Source of the DNA: Camelus ferus
Taxonomy: Eukaryota
DNA: 64,000 nt
NCBI RefSeq assembly: GCF_009834535.1
Contig: NC_045696.1
Span: 56,174,001-56,238,000 of the forward strand
Reading direction: 5' to 3'
Position numbers and translations under genes: made by a program. Numbering within the stretch: position 1 is the stretch's first letter; each line of letters begins with the position of its first letter. Of this stretch, positions 27,161 through 40,930 are shown in pieces. The notes beneath the pieces were generated by a model, which was not told where the DNA came from, did no database searches, and saw only the letters and a list, made by a program, of their open reading frames with translations.

Positions 27161-28689
27161 TCTATAGTATGTAGAGGATATCTGAAATGAGCTATTTTAC
27201 TGTAGTTTTTTTAACTATAATAAAAATCAAACTTCTTACCAAACAAATGAATCTGGGTGTTAAGAAAACTTACAAGCCCTATTGTTTTCCAAGATAACAG
27301 TGAAAAATCTGAGAGTTAGTCCCATTAGAAGAGCTCAGTTGCTAAGTTTCAGAGTTAAAAAATAGCATACTGGAAACTGTACAGTCCTGATAAATTTAAC
27401 AATCACACACATAATTTTTATTTTGGGGAGTTTCAAAGTTAAGTTCATTCTTCAAGAAAAGAAAACATTAGATACAATGAATTCCTAACAACATAAATTT
27501 TGCAGTAATAATTTGAAGAGTACATACATATTAACAAAGATAAATTACAATATACTTAGCTGTCAGAAATTCAGTTAACAAGATCCAAATTATATAATAC
27601 AGAGAAAGAATACCAAAATATCTGCTAAGTGGGCAGAAAATATAAAATTTCAGTTAACATAATGATTCAGAAGAGTTATACACATAAAGTATACACCTGG
27701 GAATTTGGAAGGGAAATGCGGTTATGGTTAGGAAATAAGGCCAAGTAAAGTGGGGGCGGGGGATGCACAGCAGACAAAGAGCCTAATAAGCAGAACTGTC
27801 CTCGAGCTGAGCGGGCTCCAGTTCTTAGAAGATGGTATTAGAAAGCGGCAAATGTTCCTTCTCCTCTAGAAACTTCCAATAGACTCTATGATGGTTCCAG
27901 TGTGTTCTCTAAAAGGAAATGGGAAACTCAAGATGACTCTCCATCTGTCCCTTTAAGCTGACTGTGAGAGCTGAGCTTCTGTATACAGTGATAATTTAAA
28001 TTCTTTTATAAAACATCAATCTTTCATTCCATTACTTAGTATAAAAGGTTTATATGTGCAGCAATAAGCAATATACCTGCTTCAACAAAGATAATAATTG
28101 ATGTCAGATTCTGAGTTTTGACTGTTACAGAGAAGGACACAGAAAACTTTACAAATTTCAAAACTGTCCATTTCCATTCCAAATTGAAGCTATTCCTGAA
28201 TTATGTCTATACTTTGTCAATTCACATCTAGGTAGCTAGTTCTGTGGGAGAACTGTTACTAAGCTAAGAATCACTCCTCTCAGATATTAAGATTGTTTTT
28301 TAATATAGCCTACTGTGTTAAAATAAGTTATCTATTTTTCAAGTCTCATTAACCAACATAACAGAGAAATATTAAATTCTCAGATAATAAGAAGTTGTCT
28401 TAAGGTTATGCAGATGATCTTTCATCAAAAAGAATTCATAAGTAAAGCAAGTACAGAGACCTAAATATTCATCCACCCTTACTTTCTGTTCATATTCTAT
28501 TATTTTTAAAATTCCCTAAAAGATCCAAAATATAAATTTTCTAGAGCAATATTTTGAGTATTTATCAAGCCAATATTAGGTAAAGTTTATGCCTGAGATG
28601 GATTTAAATATGTAACTATCCCAAGCCTAACCATTTTTACTGAGTTGTCCTTTATTAGCTCACTAGTGACATACTAATTCTTTAGAAAA

Positions 28690-29645
28690 AAAACTTATTC
28701 TACAAAAATAGTTCACCTGTTTTGTGCCAAGCATCACTCACAATGTTATGGACAGGGCAGTGACCAAGACTGACAAAGTTTCTATGGAGGAAAGGAGGAA
28801 TAAACCACACATTTTCACATAAAGAGGACAAATCTTGATAGAGAGAAGAGGCTGAATTTTAGACAGGAAAGTCAGAGTAGACCTCACAAAGAAGGTAAGA
28901 CCTGAACACAAACTTAGTGATATGAAGATGACAACCATGTGAGGATATGGGGGAAGAGCACAGCAGTTATAAGGAACTCCAAATGTAAATGCCTGGAGGT
29001 GAGCCTGACGAAGAATGTGACTGCAATATGCTAAGAAAAGGAAGAGAGGTGGGAGACAAGTTCAGAGAGATAGGTAGGGGGTATGTCATATAAACTCTCA
29101 TTAATCATGGTAAGAAACTGAATTTCACACTAAATGTAAAGGAAAGCCAATGAAGCCAAGAAAATGACATAATCTAATTTACTTTTTTAAACGATCATTC
29201 TAAAACCTAAAGAGCATAAATTTGGAGGAAAAAGTGGATCGAGAATTCTGTTTTCCATCTATTAAGTTTGAAATTCTTATTAGATATCTCAGTGAAAATA
29301 TAGAGCCGGAAATATGCATCTGTATTTGTATAAATGGGACTTAAAGCAAGGGGATCTCATAACCTCACCTAGAATAAAAGTTTGGACAAATACAAAAATA
29401 TATTTACAGGTATAAAAAGGAGCAGAATAAGTGGAGTAATCAATGAAGCAGGATGAAAAACAAGGGAGAATGTTATCTTAGATGCCAAGTAAAGTAAGTT
29501 TTCAGAAAAAAAGAGAGTGACCATTTATGCCCGAAGCTGCCGAAAGGCTGATTAAAATGAAAACAGAAAACTAACAACTGGACATGGCAAATGCAGAATG
29601 TTAGTGACTTATAAGAGTGATTTCAGTGGTGACAAAAGTCTGACT
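28690..29645 (-). mobile_element. L2 LINE remnant
   Basis: cacctgttttgtgccaagcatc...gaaagtcagagtagacctcac...agagtgatttcagtgg antisense L2 motifs. Confidence 0.7.
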
Positions 29646-29719
29646 AGAGGGTATTAAATTGGGGCTGGGAGACACAGGGAAAGAACTAAGAAGTCAGAAA
29701 GTTTAAAAGATAGTAAGAA

Positions 29720-30704
29720 GTTGTGTTAAGGTTTCAGCTATAGCAGAATGAAGAAATCAGCAAATTCACTCTCCCAAAACACCTATAAAAGAACTACATT
29801 GTAGAAAACAATCATTTCAGGGCTCTGGAAATCAACAAAAGGCAACAGCAAATCAAGAAGCATTTATTCATTAAACACTGCTAGATACTGGAGTTAGGAT
29901 AGTGGGGGCCGGTAAAACCTTTTGCTAGGAAATATTACCATCCTCCACAATCACCTTCCACCTCAGACAGTGAGGTAGTTTTATATGGTCAGGGTTGGCC
30001 ATAAAAACTAGGAATTTTGCTTCTGTGGAGGGGCTACCATCATTTAGAACAGAACAAAAACCCATGACCAACGGCACTGGTATAAAAATAGCAAATTTGA
30101 TAGGAAACAAAGTGAGGAAGCCCACAGCTCTGCTACCCTGAGGATGCAGTCCCAGCTGGGGAAAAATGACAGACTGGCAGAACACTAAGAAATGTTAACA
30201 GGGAGATCCTGGAGATGAGAGAGGCGCTAAATGAGCTCTCCACATACCCCTGGCTGATTTAGAGGTTCTGCACATATGCAGGAGAGATCCAAGAGGGCCT
30301 AGGAGAAAGTACAAACTGAGGCTGACTTAAAAACTGCCCGAATTTTGAATGTATTCCCCAATCCATGTACAGAATTATCAAAAAATGATGGAAGCTTTAT
30401 AAACTAATGTTTGAAGACAATCTGTAACCAACAGATGGTTGACCACTAAGCTTTGCAGACAAAGAGTCAACTCCTAAGAATCAGGCTAAAAATGAAAATT
30501 AGAATAAAGATTTAACACAGAATTCATGGGCTTCAAACTGTGGAGAAGGAAGATTCTATACATTAGATGCAGGTAAATGGGAAGGGAAGGGAAGGGAAGG
30601 GAAGGGAAGGGAGGGAGGGAGGAAGGAAGGAAGGAAGGAAGGAAGGAAGGAAGGAAGGAAGGAAGGAAGGAAGGAAGGAAGGAAGGAAGGAAGGAAGGAA
30701 GGAA

Positions 30705-30761
<57 letters not shown>

Positions 30762-31050
30762 GGAAAGAAAGAAAAAGAAAGGAAGAAGGAAAGAAGGAAA
30801 GAAGGAAGAAAGAACCCCCCCCCAAAAAAAACAAGTTTCAGGAGGATTAAAAAAATAACAGAACCCAGAGTTGCTACAAAATATTATCAAGTATGTCCAA
30901 CTGTACAAAAAAATTGTGAGATATGTAAACAATAGGAAAAGCTGATCTACAGCCAGGCTAAAAAAGTAAAAGAGCCAAAAGAAACTGATTCTAAGTAGAC
31001 ACAGCTGTTGGATTTAGCAGACAGGAACACAAATCAGCTATTACGTTCAA
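29720..31050 (+). mobile_element. Old L1 5'UTR-like segment interrupted by a purine microsatellite
   Basis: aaaacaatcatttcagggctctggaaatcaac-type L1M 5' sequence; weak recall only. Confidence 0.45.
30579..30812 (+). repeat. Compound (GAAGG)n(GGAA)n(GAAA)n polypurine microsatellite
   Basis: Directly visible, about 230 bp of pure purine. Confidence 0.97.
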
Positions 31051-31054
31051 AGAA

Positions 31055-31755
31055 TGCAAAGACCTGAAACCGTAAAAATCCCAGAAGAAAATATAGGGGT
31101 TAAGCTTCTTGACATCAGTCTTGGCAATGATCTTTTCAGATTCAACACCAAAAGCAAAGGCAACAAAAACAAAAATAAACAAGTGGGACTACATCAAATT
31201 AAAAAGCTTCTACACAGCAAAATGAAAAAATCTAAGGAAAGGGAGAAAATACTTGCAAATCATGTATTAGATAAAGGATTAATATCCAAAATATATAAAG
31301 ATCTCATACAACTTAATAATAAAAAAAATTGATTTAAAAATGGGCAAACGACCTGAATAGGTATTTTTCCAAAGACGTACAGCTGGCCAACAAGTAGATG
31401 AAAAGATGTTCAACATCTCTAATCACTAGGGAATACAAATCAAAACCACATTTGTTAGAATGGCTATTATCAAAAAAAGGCAAAAAATAACCAGTATTGG
31501 TTAGGATGTGGAGAAAAGGGACCCTCTGTGCACTGCTGGTGGAAATGGAGATTGGTGCAGCCATTATGGAAAATAGTATGGAAGTTCCTCAGAATATTAA
31601 AAATAGAACTACCATAGGATACAGCTATTCCATTTCTGGGTATATATCCAAAGGAAATGAAATGACTATCTCAAAGAATACCTGTACTCTCATGTTCACT
31701 GAAGCATTATTTACAACAGCCAAGATATGGAAACAATCTAAGTGTCCATCAACAG
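31055..31755 (+). mobile_element. L1 ORF2 C-terminal fragment
   Basis: ORFs [13 protein letters not shown]..., ...MFTEALFTTAKIWKQSKCPS match the L1 ORF2 C-terminus, with frameshifts. Confidence 0.9.
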
Positions 31756-32639
31756 AGGAGAATCCTCAGGAAGATATTCCATCATACAAATCATGAACTC
31801 CCATATCTGATACCGAAATACATGATCTGCTTAATACTTTACACTTCAAATGTTTGTCCTGTCATTCTATATGGATTGCAAACTTCTTAAATGTATGGAC
31901 TGTAAAGTCCTTAAATGCAGACTGTATCATATTTCTTCTTATGACCTACATAATATCTGTTTAGTCCTTTGCACATAGAATACACAGACTGAGTTAACTA
32001 GCCTTAATTTACACTTGATCTTTTACCTCAAAGTCACTGAAGGTTTTTTAGTGGAAGGGTAAAGTATTAAAGGAGCTTATTCAGATAAATCTGGCTAGAT
32101 TATCCCAAACTAATTATGGTAAAATCTAATTTGAAGAGAGAAGGCCCCTGATATTTGGATGTTGCTTCACAGCTTGAAAAAGCTATTGTATTTAACTTCC
32201 CTCACATGATTCTAAGGAAAAAATATGTAATTACTAAATATTTCCACCTACATCTTACCAACAGAAAACAAATTCAGAGGTGTGAAATAACTTGTCCAAT
32301 TTATTAATGAAGGGCTCTATTCAATATTTTTTGAGCATTAGGAAATTAAAAAGCTAGAAATAGTGGCAAAGTGGCATAAACAAGTACCTTCAGATATTAT
32401 AATCACCAAGCACATTAAGGAACACAAGAGACTAGCTGAGGGTTAACAATGAAGTCTTTTTCAAATAATTTAGGTAAAATAGAAATTACACCCTATAGTT
32501 CAAGAACTGCTATATCCCACCACCATGCTTTATCTGATTCAGGAATTTTTATCTTATGGTGACCATTTATAAAACTTAACCTAGCCTAATATAAAAATAA
32601 ACTCCAAACAAAGGTTAAAATGCATATTGAAAAGGTGTC

Positions 32640-33620
32640 AAAATAAACAAGCACTAGCAAAGAATACTCTGAAAATGAATTTAAGAAAAAAAGTTCCACT
32701 TAACATAGCATCAAAAAGAATGAAATACTTAAGAATAAATTTAACAAGAGGGTTTAAGACTTGTACACTGATAACTATAAAACAAAAGAAATTCGAATCT
32801 GAATAAAGAGAAAGACATTCTGTAATCATGGATTAGAAGATTAATGTTAAGATGGTAATGTTTCCAAACTGATCTACAGATTTAATGTAATCCTATCAAA
32901 ATTCCAGCTGTCTTTTTTTTTTTTTTAAAAAGACAAGAAGTGCAAGGGGCTCAGAATATCCAAAATAATCTTGCTAAAGAAAAAAGTTGGAGGACTCACA
33001 CTTCCACATTTACTACAAAGTTAAATAAGTCAGTACTGTAGTTGCAAAGACACAGACACAGATCAATGGAATTAAACTGATATGAGTCCAGAAATGCCTA
33101 CATTTATAGCCAACAGACATTTGACAAGAGTGCCAAGACAATTCAATAGGAAAAGAATAATGTTTTCAACAAATGGACCTTGGACAACTAGATATCTACC
33201 TGAAAAAAAAGATGGAAGCTGCACCCTTTCTTTACACCAGACACAGAAATTAACTCCAAATGGATCACAGACCTAAATGTAAGAGCTTAAATTACATAAC
33301 TTAGAATAAATCATAAAAGTAAATCTTTGTGACCTTGGGTTAGGCAAAGATCCTTAGATATAAGACCAGGGCACCAAAAACAAACAAACAAACAAACAAA
33401 CAAACAAACAAACAAACAAAGGAAAAATAGATAAACTGGGCTTCATCAAAATAAAAAACACTTGTCCTTCAAAGGATACTATCAAGGAAGTGGTAAGACA
33501 ATCCACAGACTGAAGAAAACATTTGCAAATCATATATTTGATAAGGAATCTGTATACAGAATTAAGACCTCTATTCAACAATAAAAAGATAAATAAACCT
33601 ATTTTTAAATGAGTGAAGGA
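32640..33620 (+). mobile_element. L1 ORF2 fragment with (CAAA)n at 33380-33420
   Basis: aaatacttaagaataaatttaac, atctacagatttaatg, aactccaaatggatcacagacctaaatg. Confidence 0.88.
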
Positions 33621-36600
33621 AGGACTTCTGGTCTCCAGTTTGGCATTGGAGGAACTTGGAAGTCATTCCTATCATCTTCACAGTAAGAGCTGAACAAACT
33701 GAAAACGAGCCCTCTCCTTAAGTCCATCACAGAACTGTGGTCACAGGACAAACTGCTGCCCTAAAAACCAGAGACAAACAGACAGATACATAAAAGCTTA
33801 CTGGAGAAGCCCAGGAGCAGAAATTGCCTGTGAAGCCAGTACCAGTACAGGAAGACTTAAACTGTAACTGACAGGGGTGCAACTGTTAACAAATCTGAAA
33901 GTTAAAAACTACAGAAGGGGGGCCCACACTTTTCTCAGTTTTTACTTCCAGGAGTCCTACCAGGTTCACATAATGAAGATCTAAGAAAAATCTGTTGGCT
34001 GCAGGAAGAGGGAAAAAGTAGCCATTTAAAAATAGGCCTAGAGCATTCTTTTCTTGAGACTTCCCTCAAGAAAAACTATTCTACGGAGCTAATTGAACTG
34101 AGGGAAAGGAAATACCCAACACTAGCCTTCACTAGACTTTCAAGTGGCCGAAGGGAAATAACCAATTCTAACATCATCTAGCCTTCCATGTAAAGGATGG
34201 GAGATATAAAACTCCAGTCCCCTCTACCTTTGTCTCCCCTATTACGGATGATGGGGACAAAAAAACCTAAGAAGCATTTATAAAGGTCAAGCCCACAACA
34301 CGGGCTCACTAAGAGACTACGACCTAATTTTAGGAATATAGAACACTTGCCCTCCCTCCACACCTTACCACCACTTATGGAGCCCTGTGCTCCTCTATAA
34401 CAGCAGGGAAATATATGGAAAGAAATACATTTCTCAGACTTTATTTACGAATTCTCTCAGGAAACCCAAAGACAACAGCAGAGACAAAATAAAAGAACAC
34501 CAGAGGAAATTTTAATTTATGACACAGCTACAGCAAACAATAAACATAATCCAACTCCTGCCAGATAAACATAAAACTTGACATTAAAGGCCTATTTACC
34601 TAGATAATTTTTACACAATATAGCAGGTCCAGCTTTCAACATAAAATTACACAGAGTACTGAAAGACAAAAATCAAAATGTAAATAGAGAGCAGGTATCA
34701 GAACCAAACACAGCAGAGAGGATAAATTATCAAACTGGGAATTTAAAGCAATTATGATTAATATGCTATGGGCTCTAATGGAAAAAGTAGATAACACACA
34801 AGAACAGATGGGTAATGGATGCAGAGAGAGATGGAAACTCTAAGAAAGATTCAAAAGGAAATGCTAGAAATCAAAAAACACTGTAACAGAAATTAACAAT
34901 GCCTTTGAGGGATTTCATAAACACACTGGACATGGCCAAAGAAGGAATCAGTGAGCTTGAAAAGATGTCAATAGAAACTTCCAAAACTGCAATGCAAGGA
35001 GAAAAAAGAATGAAAAAGACAGAACAGAATATCCAAGAACTGTGTGGGACAATTACAAAAGGTGTAACATGCATAATGGGAATAACACAAGGAGAAAAGA
35101 AAAAGGAACAGAAATAGTATTTGAATCAATAATTGAGAATTTCACAAAATTAATGTCAGACAACCAACCACAGATGCAAGAAGAGGATATGCCAAAAAAT
35201 CTACACCTAGGTATATCATATTTAAAATGCAAAAGATCAAAGGCAAAGAGGAAATCTTGAAAGAAGGCGGGGGGGGGGCTCACCTACAGCCATATAAAGA
35301 ATTATATCAAATTTCTCTTCAAAAATCACATAAGCAAGAAAAGTAAAGTAAAATATTTAAAGCGCTGAAAGAAAAAAAAAAGCCATCAATCTACAATTCT
35401 GCATCCAGCAAAATTATCCTTCAAATGTAAAGGAGAAATAAAGATTTCTCTCAGGAAAACAAAAATTGACAGAATTTGTCAACAGCAGACCTCCCATCCA
35501 AAAAATGTTAAAATACAAATTCATCAGAAAGAAAGAAAATGTCATAGGTGAGATCAGGTCTGCAGAAAAGAAAAACAGAACACTAGAGAAAGAATAATAA
35601 AAGTAAAATATATTTTATTTTTCTTATTCTTAATTTATCTAGCAGGTATCCATTTGTTCAAAATAATAATAACAGTGTATTCAGTAATGGTATCTAACAG
35701 ATTAGCGAAACTGATGATAGCAATGTTACATGGAATGGAAAGGAGAAATTGGAAATACCTTGTCATAAGGTACTTTAACTATTAGTGAGGTGTTTGTTAC
35801 TTGAAAATGGACTTTAAAAAGTTGTAAAATGTGTATCGTAGACTCAAGTACAACCAATAACAAAGATTTAAAAAAAGTATAACAGATATGCTAAGAGAGA
35901 AGAAAAAATAGAATCATATCAAATGCTCAATTAAAGACAGAGGGAAAAAAAGCAAAACAAGAAACAATGAACAAAGGCAATGAATAGAAATAGTAAGATA
36001 TGGTAAAAATGTGGTCCAACTATATAAATAATCTTTTTAAACATCAATGGCCTAAATCTATAACATGAAAGACAGAGACTATCAGTGAAATTTTTAAAAA
36101 ACCATTAAAATTGTACAGGTTTATACATCACATATCATAATTAAAAACATGTAAAAATCATTTTTAAAATAAATTTTAATATATAATCTAAAAGAAAACG
36201 ACTTTAAATTCAAAGACACAAAAACATTAAAAGTAGGGATGGACACAACAAGAAAACTACAGACCAATATTCCTGATGGAAACTGAATGTAAAAACCCTC
36301 AACAAAATACTAGTAAACCAAACTCAACAGCACATAAAAAGGATTATACAGCATTACCAAGTTTTAAACCTGCAATGCAAGAATTCATACTTGAAATGCA
36401 AAGATTTATACCTGGAATGCAAAGATGGTTTTACCTAAGAAAATCAATGTGATACACCACATTAGCAATATGAAGGACAAAAATCAAATGACCACCTCAG
36501 TTAATGCAGAAAAAGCATTTAACAAAATTCAACACTCTTTCAAGATAAGAATGCTCAACCAACTGAAATAGATAGGAAGTGCCTTAACATAATAAAAGCT

Positions 36601-36841
36601 ATAGGTGAAAAGCCCACTGTTAACATTATATTCAATGATAAAAAACTGAAAGTTTCTTCCCAAAAATCAGGAACAAGGCAAGGATGCCCACTCTCATCAC
36701 TACTATTAACACAGTACTTGAAACCCTAGCCAAAGCAATTACACAAGAAAAATAATAAAAGGCACCTAAACTGGGGGAAAAAAGTAAAATTATTTCTGTT
36801 CACATATGAGATGTTCTTATATGCAGAAAAACCAAAAGAAT

Positions 36842-36885
<44 letters not shown>

Positions 36886-39800
36886 AACAAAACACCAACC
36901 CTGTTAGAACTAAGAAAAAATTTCAGCAAAGTTTCAGTATACAAAATGAACACTCAAAAATTCGAAAATTGTACCTCTTGGGGAGTGATGGAAATTTTAG
37001 GTTATCTTGATTGTGGTGGTGGTTTCAATGGATGTATATATTTATTAAAATTCATAAAATTGTACATCTAAAATATGTGTAGTTTACTGCACAGGAACCA
37101 TACCACAATAAAGGTTTTTTTTTTTTAATTGGTTGTATTTCTCTATACCAACAATGATCAAACAAAAAAGACAGCAGTATCATTTACTACAGTACCAAAA
37201 AGGATAAAATAGTTAGGGAAAAAACCTGACCAAGGAGGTGAAAGACTTGTACACTGAAAACTATTAGACTTAATATCATTAAAATGCCCATACCACCCAA
37301 AGCCAGCTAGATTCAAGCCAATCCCTATCAAAATCAAATGGCACCTTTTGCAGTAATAGAAAAACAAAATCCTAAAATTTATATGGAATCTCAAAATACC
37401 CCCAAAGAGCCAAACAATATTGAAAAAGGACAAAGTTGGAGGTCTCACACTTTCTGACTTGAAAACAAGCTACGAAGCAACAGTAATCAAGACAGTATGG
37501 AACTAGCATAAACACAGATATGTAGACCAATGGAACAGAACAGAGAAACCAGAAATAAACCCTTACATATATGACCAAATGATTTTCAACAAAGGTGTAA
37601 GACTACACAAGGGGAAAGGATAATCTCTTAAAGCAAATGGTACTGGGAAAATGGAATATTCACAAGCAAAAAAAAAAAAAAGGTGATGAACTCTTACCTA
37701 ACACCATACATAAAAATTAACTCAAAATGGATCAAAGACCTAAAACTACAAAAACCCTAGAAGAAAACAAAGGGGAAATGCTTCAGGATATTGAAGTTGG
37801 CAACATAAATAACTTTTCATGACTAGCTTATTTCGCTTAGCATAATGTCTTTGAGGTTCATCCATGTTGTGGCAAGTTAAAGGAGTTCTTTCTTTTGATG
37901 ACATCAAAAGCACAAATGATTGAAACAATAGATAAATGGGACTACATCAAACTTTAAAACTTCTGAGTATCAAAGTAAATTAAATCATAAGCTAATTTAT
38001 ATGTGGAATCCTGTAAAAAAAAATGTCAAACTCATAGAAACAGAGAGTACAATGATGGTTACAATGGGCTGGGGGAGTGGGAGAAATGGAAAGATGGTAT
38101 TCAAAGCCATAACATGATGGGGATCTAATATACAGTGTGGTACCTATAGTTAATAATACTGTATTGTACTCTTGAAATTTGCTAAGAGAGTAGATTTCAA
38201 GTATTCTCACCAATGCACACACAAAAAAGGTAATTATGTGAGGTGATGAATATGTTAATTAACTTATTAGGGCAATTATTTCACAGTGTATACATATAAC
38301 AGATGATCACACTGTACAACACTTTAAACATATGCTATTTTGTGAATTATACCTCAATAAAACTGGGAAAAAGTAGAGTTCAGCCAAAAACAAAACAAAC
38401 AAACAAAACAATAAACAGTTAAGTTGGTAAGTTTAATTATATATATATATATTTTTTTAATAAAGAAAAGTAAAGGGAAAGAAGACAGTATACTATACTA
38501 AGACTAAAAGAAAGCTGAGGTAGTTACATTAATTTCTGACAGACTACAGAGCAAGAATGATTATCAGGGATAAAAGGGGGCATTACATAATGAAAAGGGG
38601 GTCAATTCTCCAAAGAAACATTACAATTCTTAATTTGTATGCACCTAATAGCAGAGCATCAAAATATCTGAGGCAAAAACTAGTGGAATCACAAGGAGGA
38701 ATAGACAAAAATCCATTATTATAGTTGGAGGTTTCAATATCCCTTCATCAGTTATTAGCTACTGATGTATCCAGCAAGTAGAAAATCAGTAAGGATATAG
38801 TTGAACTGAATGACATTATTAATCCACTGGATCTAATTAATATATTTACAGAAAAATTTTACTCAATAATAGCTGAATACATGTTCTTCTCAAGCTCAAA
38901 CTAGAACATCATCAAGATAGAACTAATTTGGGGCCATAAAACATACCTGAGCAAATTAAAAAGAATAATCATCATACAAGGTATGCTCTCAGACCTCAAT
39001 GAAATTAAACCAGAAATCAATAACAGAAAAACAGTCAGAAAGACCCCAAAATATTTGGAGCATAAACAACATACTTCTAAATTAACACATGGGTCAAAGA
39101 GGTCTCAAGAGAAAATAAGTATTTTGAGCTAAATCAAAATTTGTGAATGCAGTGGAAGCAGTGCTTGGAGGGAAATTTTTAGCAACGATTGCATATATTA
39201 AATAAGAAAATCCAAAATCAACCATCTAAGCTTGCAACTTAGAAAACTAGAAAAAGAACAAATTAAACCCAAAGTAGGCAGAAGAAAAGAAATAATAAAA
39301 ATTAGAGAAGAAACTGAAAATAGGAAATCAACAAAGAAAAATCAGCAAAATCAAAAGACAGTTCTTTGAAAAGATCAATAAGACTGGTAAGCCTCTAGCC
39401 AGGTTAACTAAGAAGAGAGAAGACATAAATTACTAATATCAAAAGCAAAGAGGTGCCATCACCACAGATCTCATGGACAATAAAAGAATAATAAAGAAAT
39501 ATCATAACAAACTCTGTACCCATAAATTTGATAACGTAGCTGAAACTGATCAATTTCTTAATCATATCTATAGATGTAGAAAATGTACTTGACAGAATTC
39601 AACATCCATTCATAAGAACTCTAAGCAAACTAGGAATAAAGAGAAACATCCTCAACTTGATAAAGAACATCTACAAAAATTCTACAGGTAACTCTATACT
39701 TTACAGGCAATAAAGACTCAAGATTCTCACCATTCCTACTCAACACTGCATAGAATGCAGTAAGATGGCCCTGTGCTGCCCAATGAAGGTAATAAAGGGT

Positions 39801-40930
39801 ACACAAACTAAGAAAAAAAAGTAAAGCTATCTTTGTTCATAATGACATGACTTTCTGTGTAAAAAATCTCAAGGCATCAAAAACAGAAAACACCCTGGAA
39901 CTAATAACCGACTATAGCAAGGTTGCAGGATACAAGATTAAGGTCAACTGCTTTTTTATGTACCAGCAATAAACAACTGAAATTTGAAATTAAAAAACAA
40001 TACAGTTTACAACGGCACCCACCACCACTGCCCCCCAACAAGAAATACTTAGGTATAAAGCAAACAAACTATGTACAAGATCTACAGGACAAATACTTTA
40101 AAACTTTGAGGAAAGAAATCAAAGATCTAAATAAATGGAAACCTATCTTGTATATGGAGAGGAAGACTCAATATTGTCAAGATGCCAGTTCTTCCTAACA
40201 TGATCTATAGATTTAATGCAATCCCAATAAAAATCCCAGCAAGTTATTTTGTGGCAATCGAACAGCTGACACTTCAGTATTGTAGAACAGTCAAAAGACT
40301 GATGCTAACTGACTTAAAGACTTACAGTAAAGCTACAGGGGGAAAAAAAGCCCAGAAAAACAAAAAACAGTATGCTACTAGAGAAAGAACAAACAAATAG
40401 ATCCCTGGAACAGAACAGAAAGCCCAGAAATAGCCACCAGATATAACCAAAAGAACTTTGACAAAGGAAAAAAGGCATTTCAATGGAGAAAGGACAGTCT
40501 TTTCAACTGATAGTGTTCGAACAACTGAACATGCAAAGAAATGAATCTAAACACAGATCTTACACCCTTCACAAAAATTAACTCAAAATGGATCAAAGGC
40601 CTAAATGTAAAGGGCAAAACTATAAAACACTTACAAGACAACATGGGAGAAAATTCAAGTGTCCTTGGGTTTGGTGGTGACTTTTTAGATGCAACACCAA
40701 AAAGCACAACCCATGAAAGAAAAGTTGTAAATTTGACTTTTCATTTAAAATATAAAATTTCTGCTCTAAGTCACTAATGAAAAGACAAGTCACAGACTGG
40801 GAGAAAATCTCTGTAAAACACATCTTAGAAAGCACTGTTATCCAAGATACACAAAGAACTCTTTAAACTCAACAGCAAGAAAACAATCAACTATTAGAAA
40901 TGGGCAAAAGACCTGAACAGACACTTCACA
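33621..40930 (+). mobile_element. Decayed, near full-length L1 (5'UTR, ORF1 about 34700-35540, ORF2 38470-40930) interrupted at about 36245-38400
   Basis: ORF1-like KKTEQNIQELC and caattctgcatccagcaaaattatccttcaaa; EN motifs tatgcacctaat and atagttggaggtttcaat; ORF ...PFTKINSKWIKGLNVK. Confidence 0.85.
36245..38372 (+). mobile_element. Nested L1 (RT region to 3' end)
   Basis: aaaactacagaccaatattcctgatg (NYRPI), ggaacaaggcaaggatgccca (GTRQGCP), 3' end tacctcaataaaactgggaaaaa; (TAAA)n at 36843-36885. Confidence 0.85.

Noticed and set aside
30486..30935. Four overlapping ORFs of 92-148 aa
   Set aside because: Low-complexity translations of the GGAA/GAAA microsatellite
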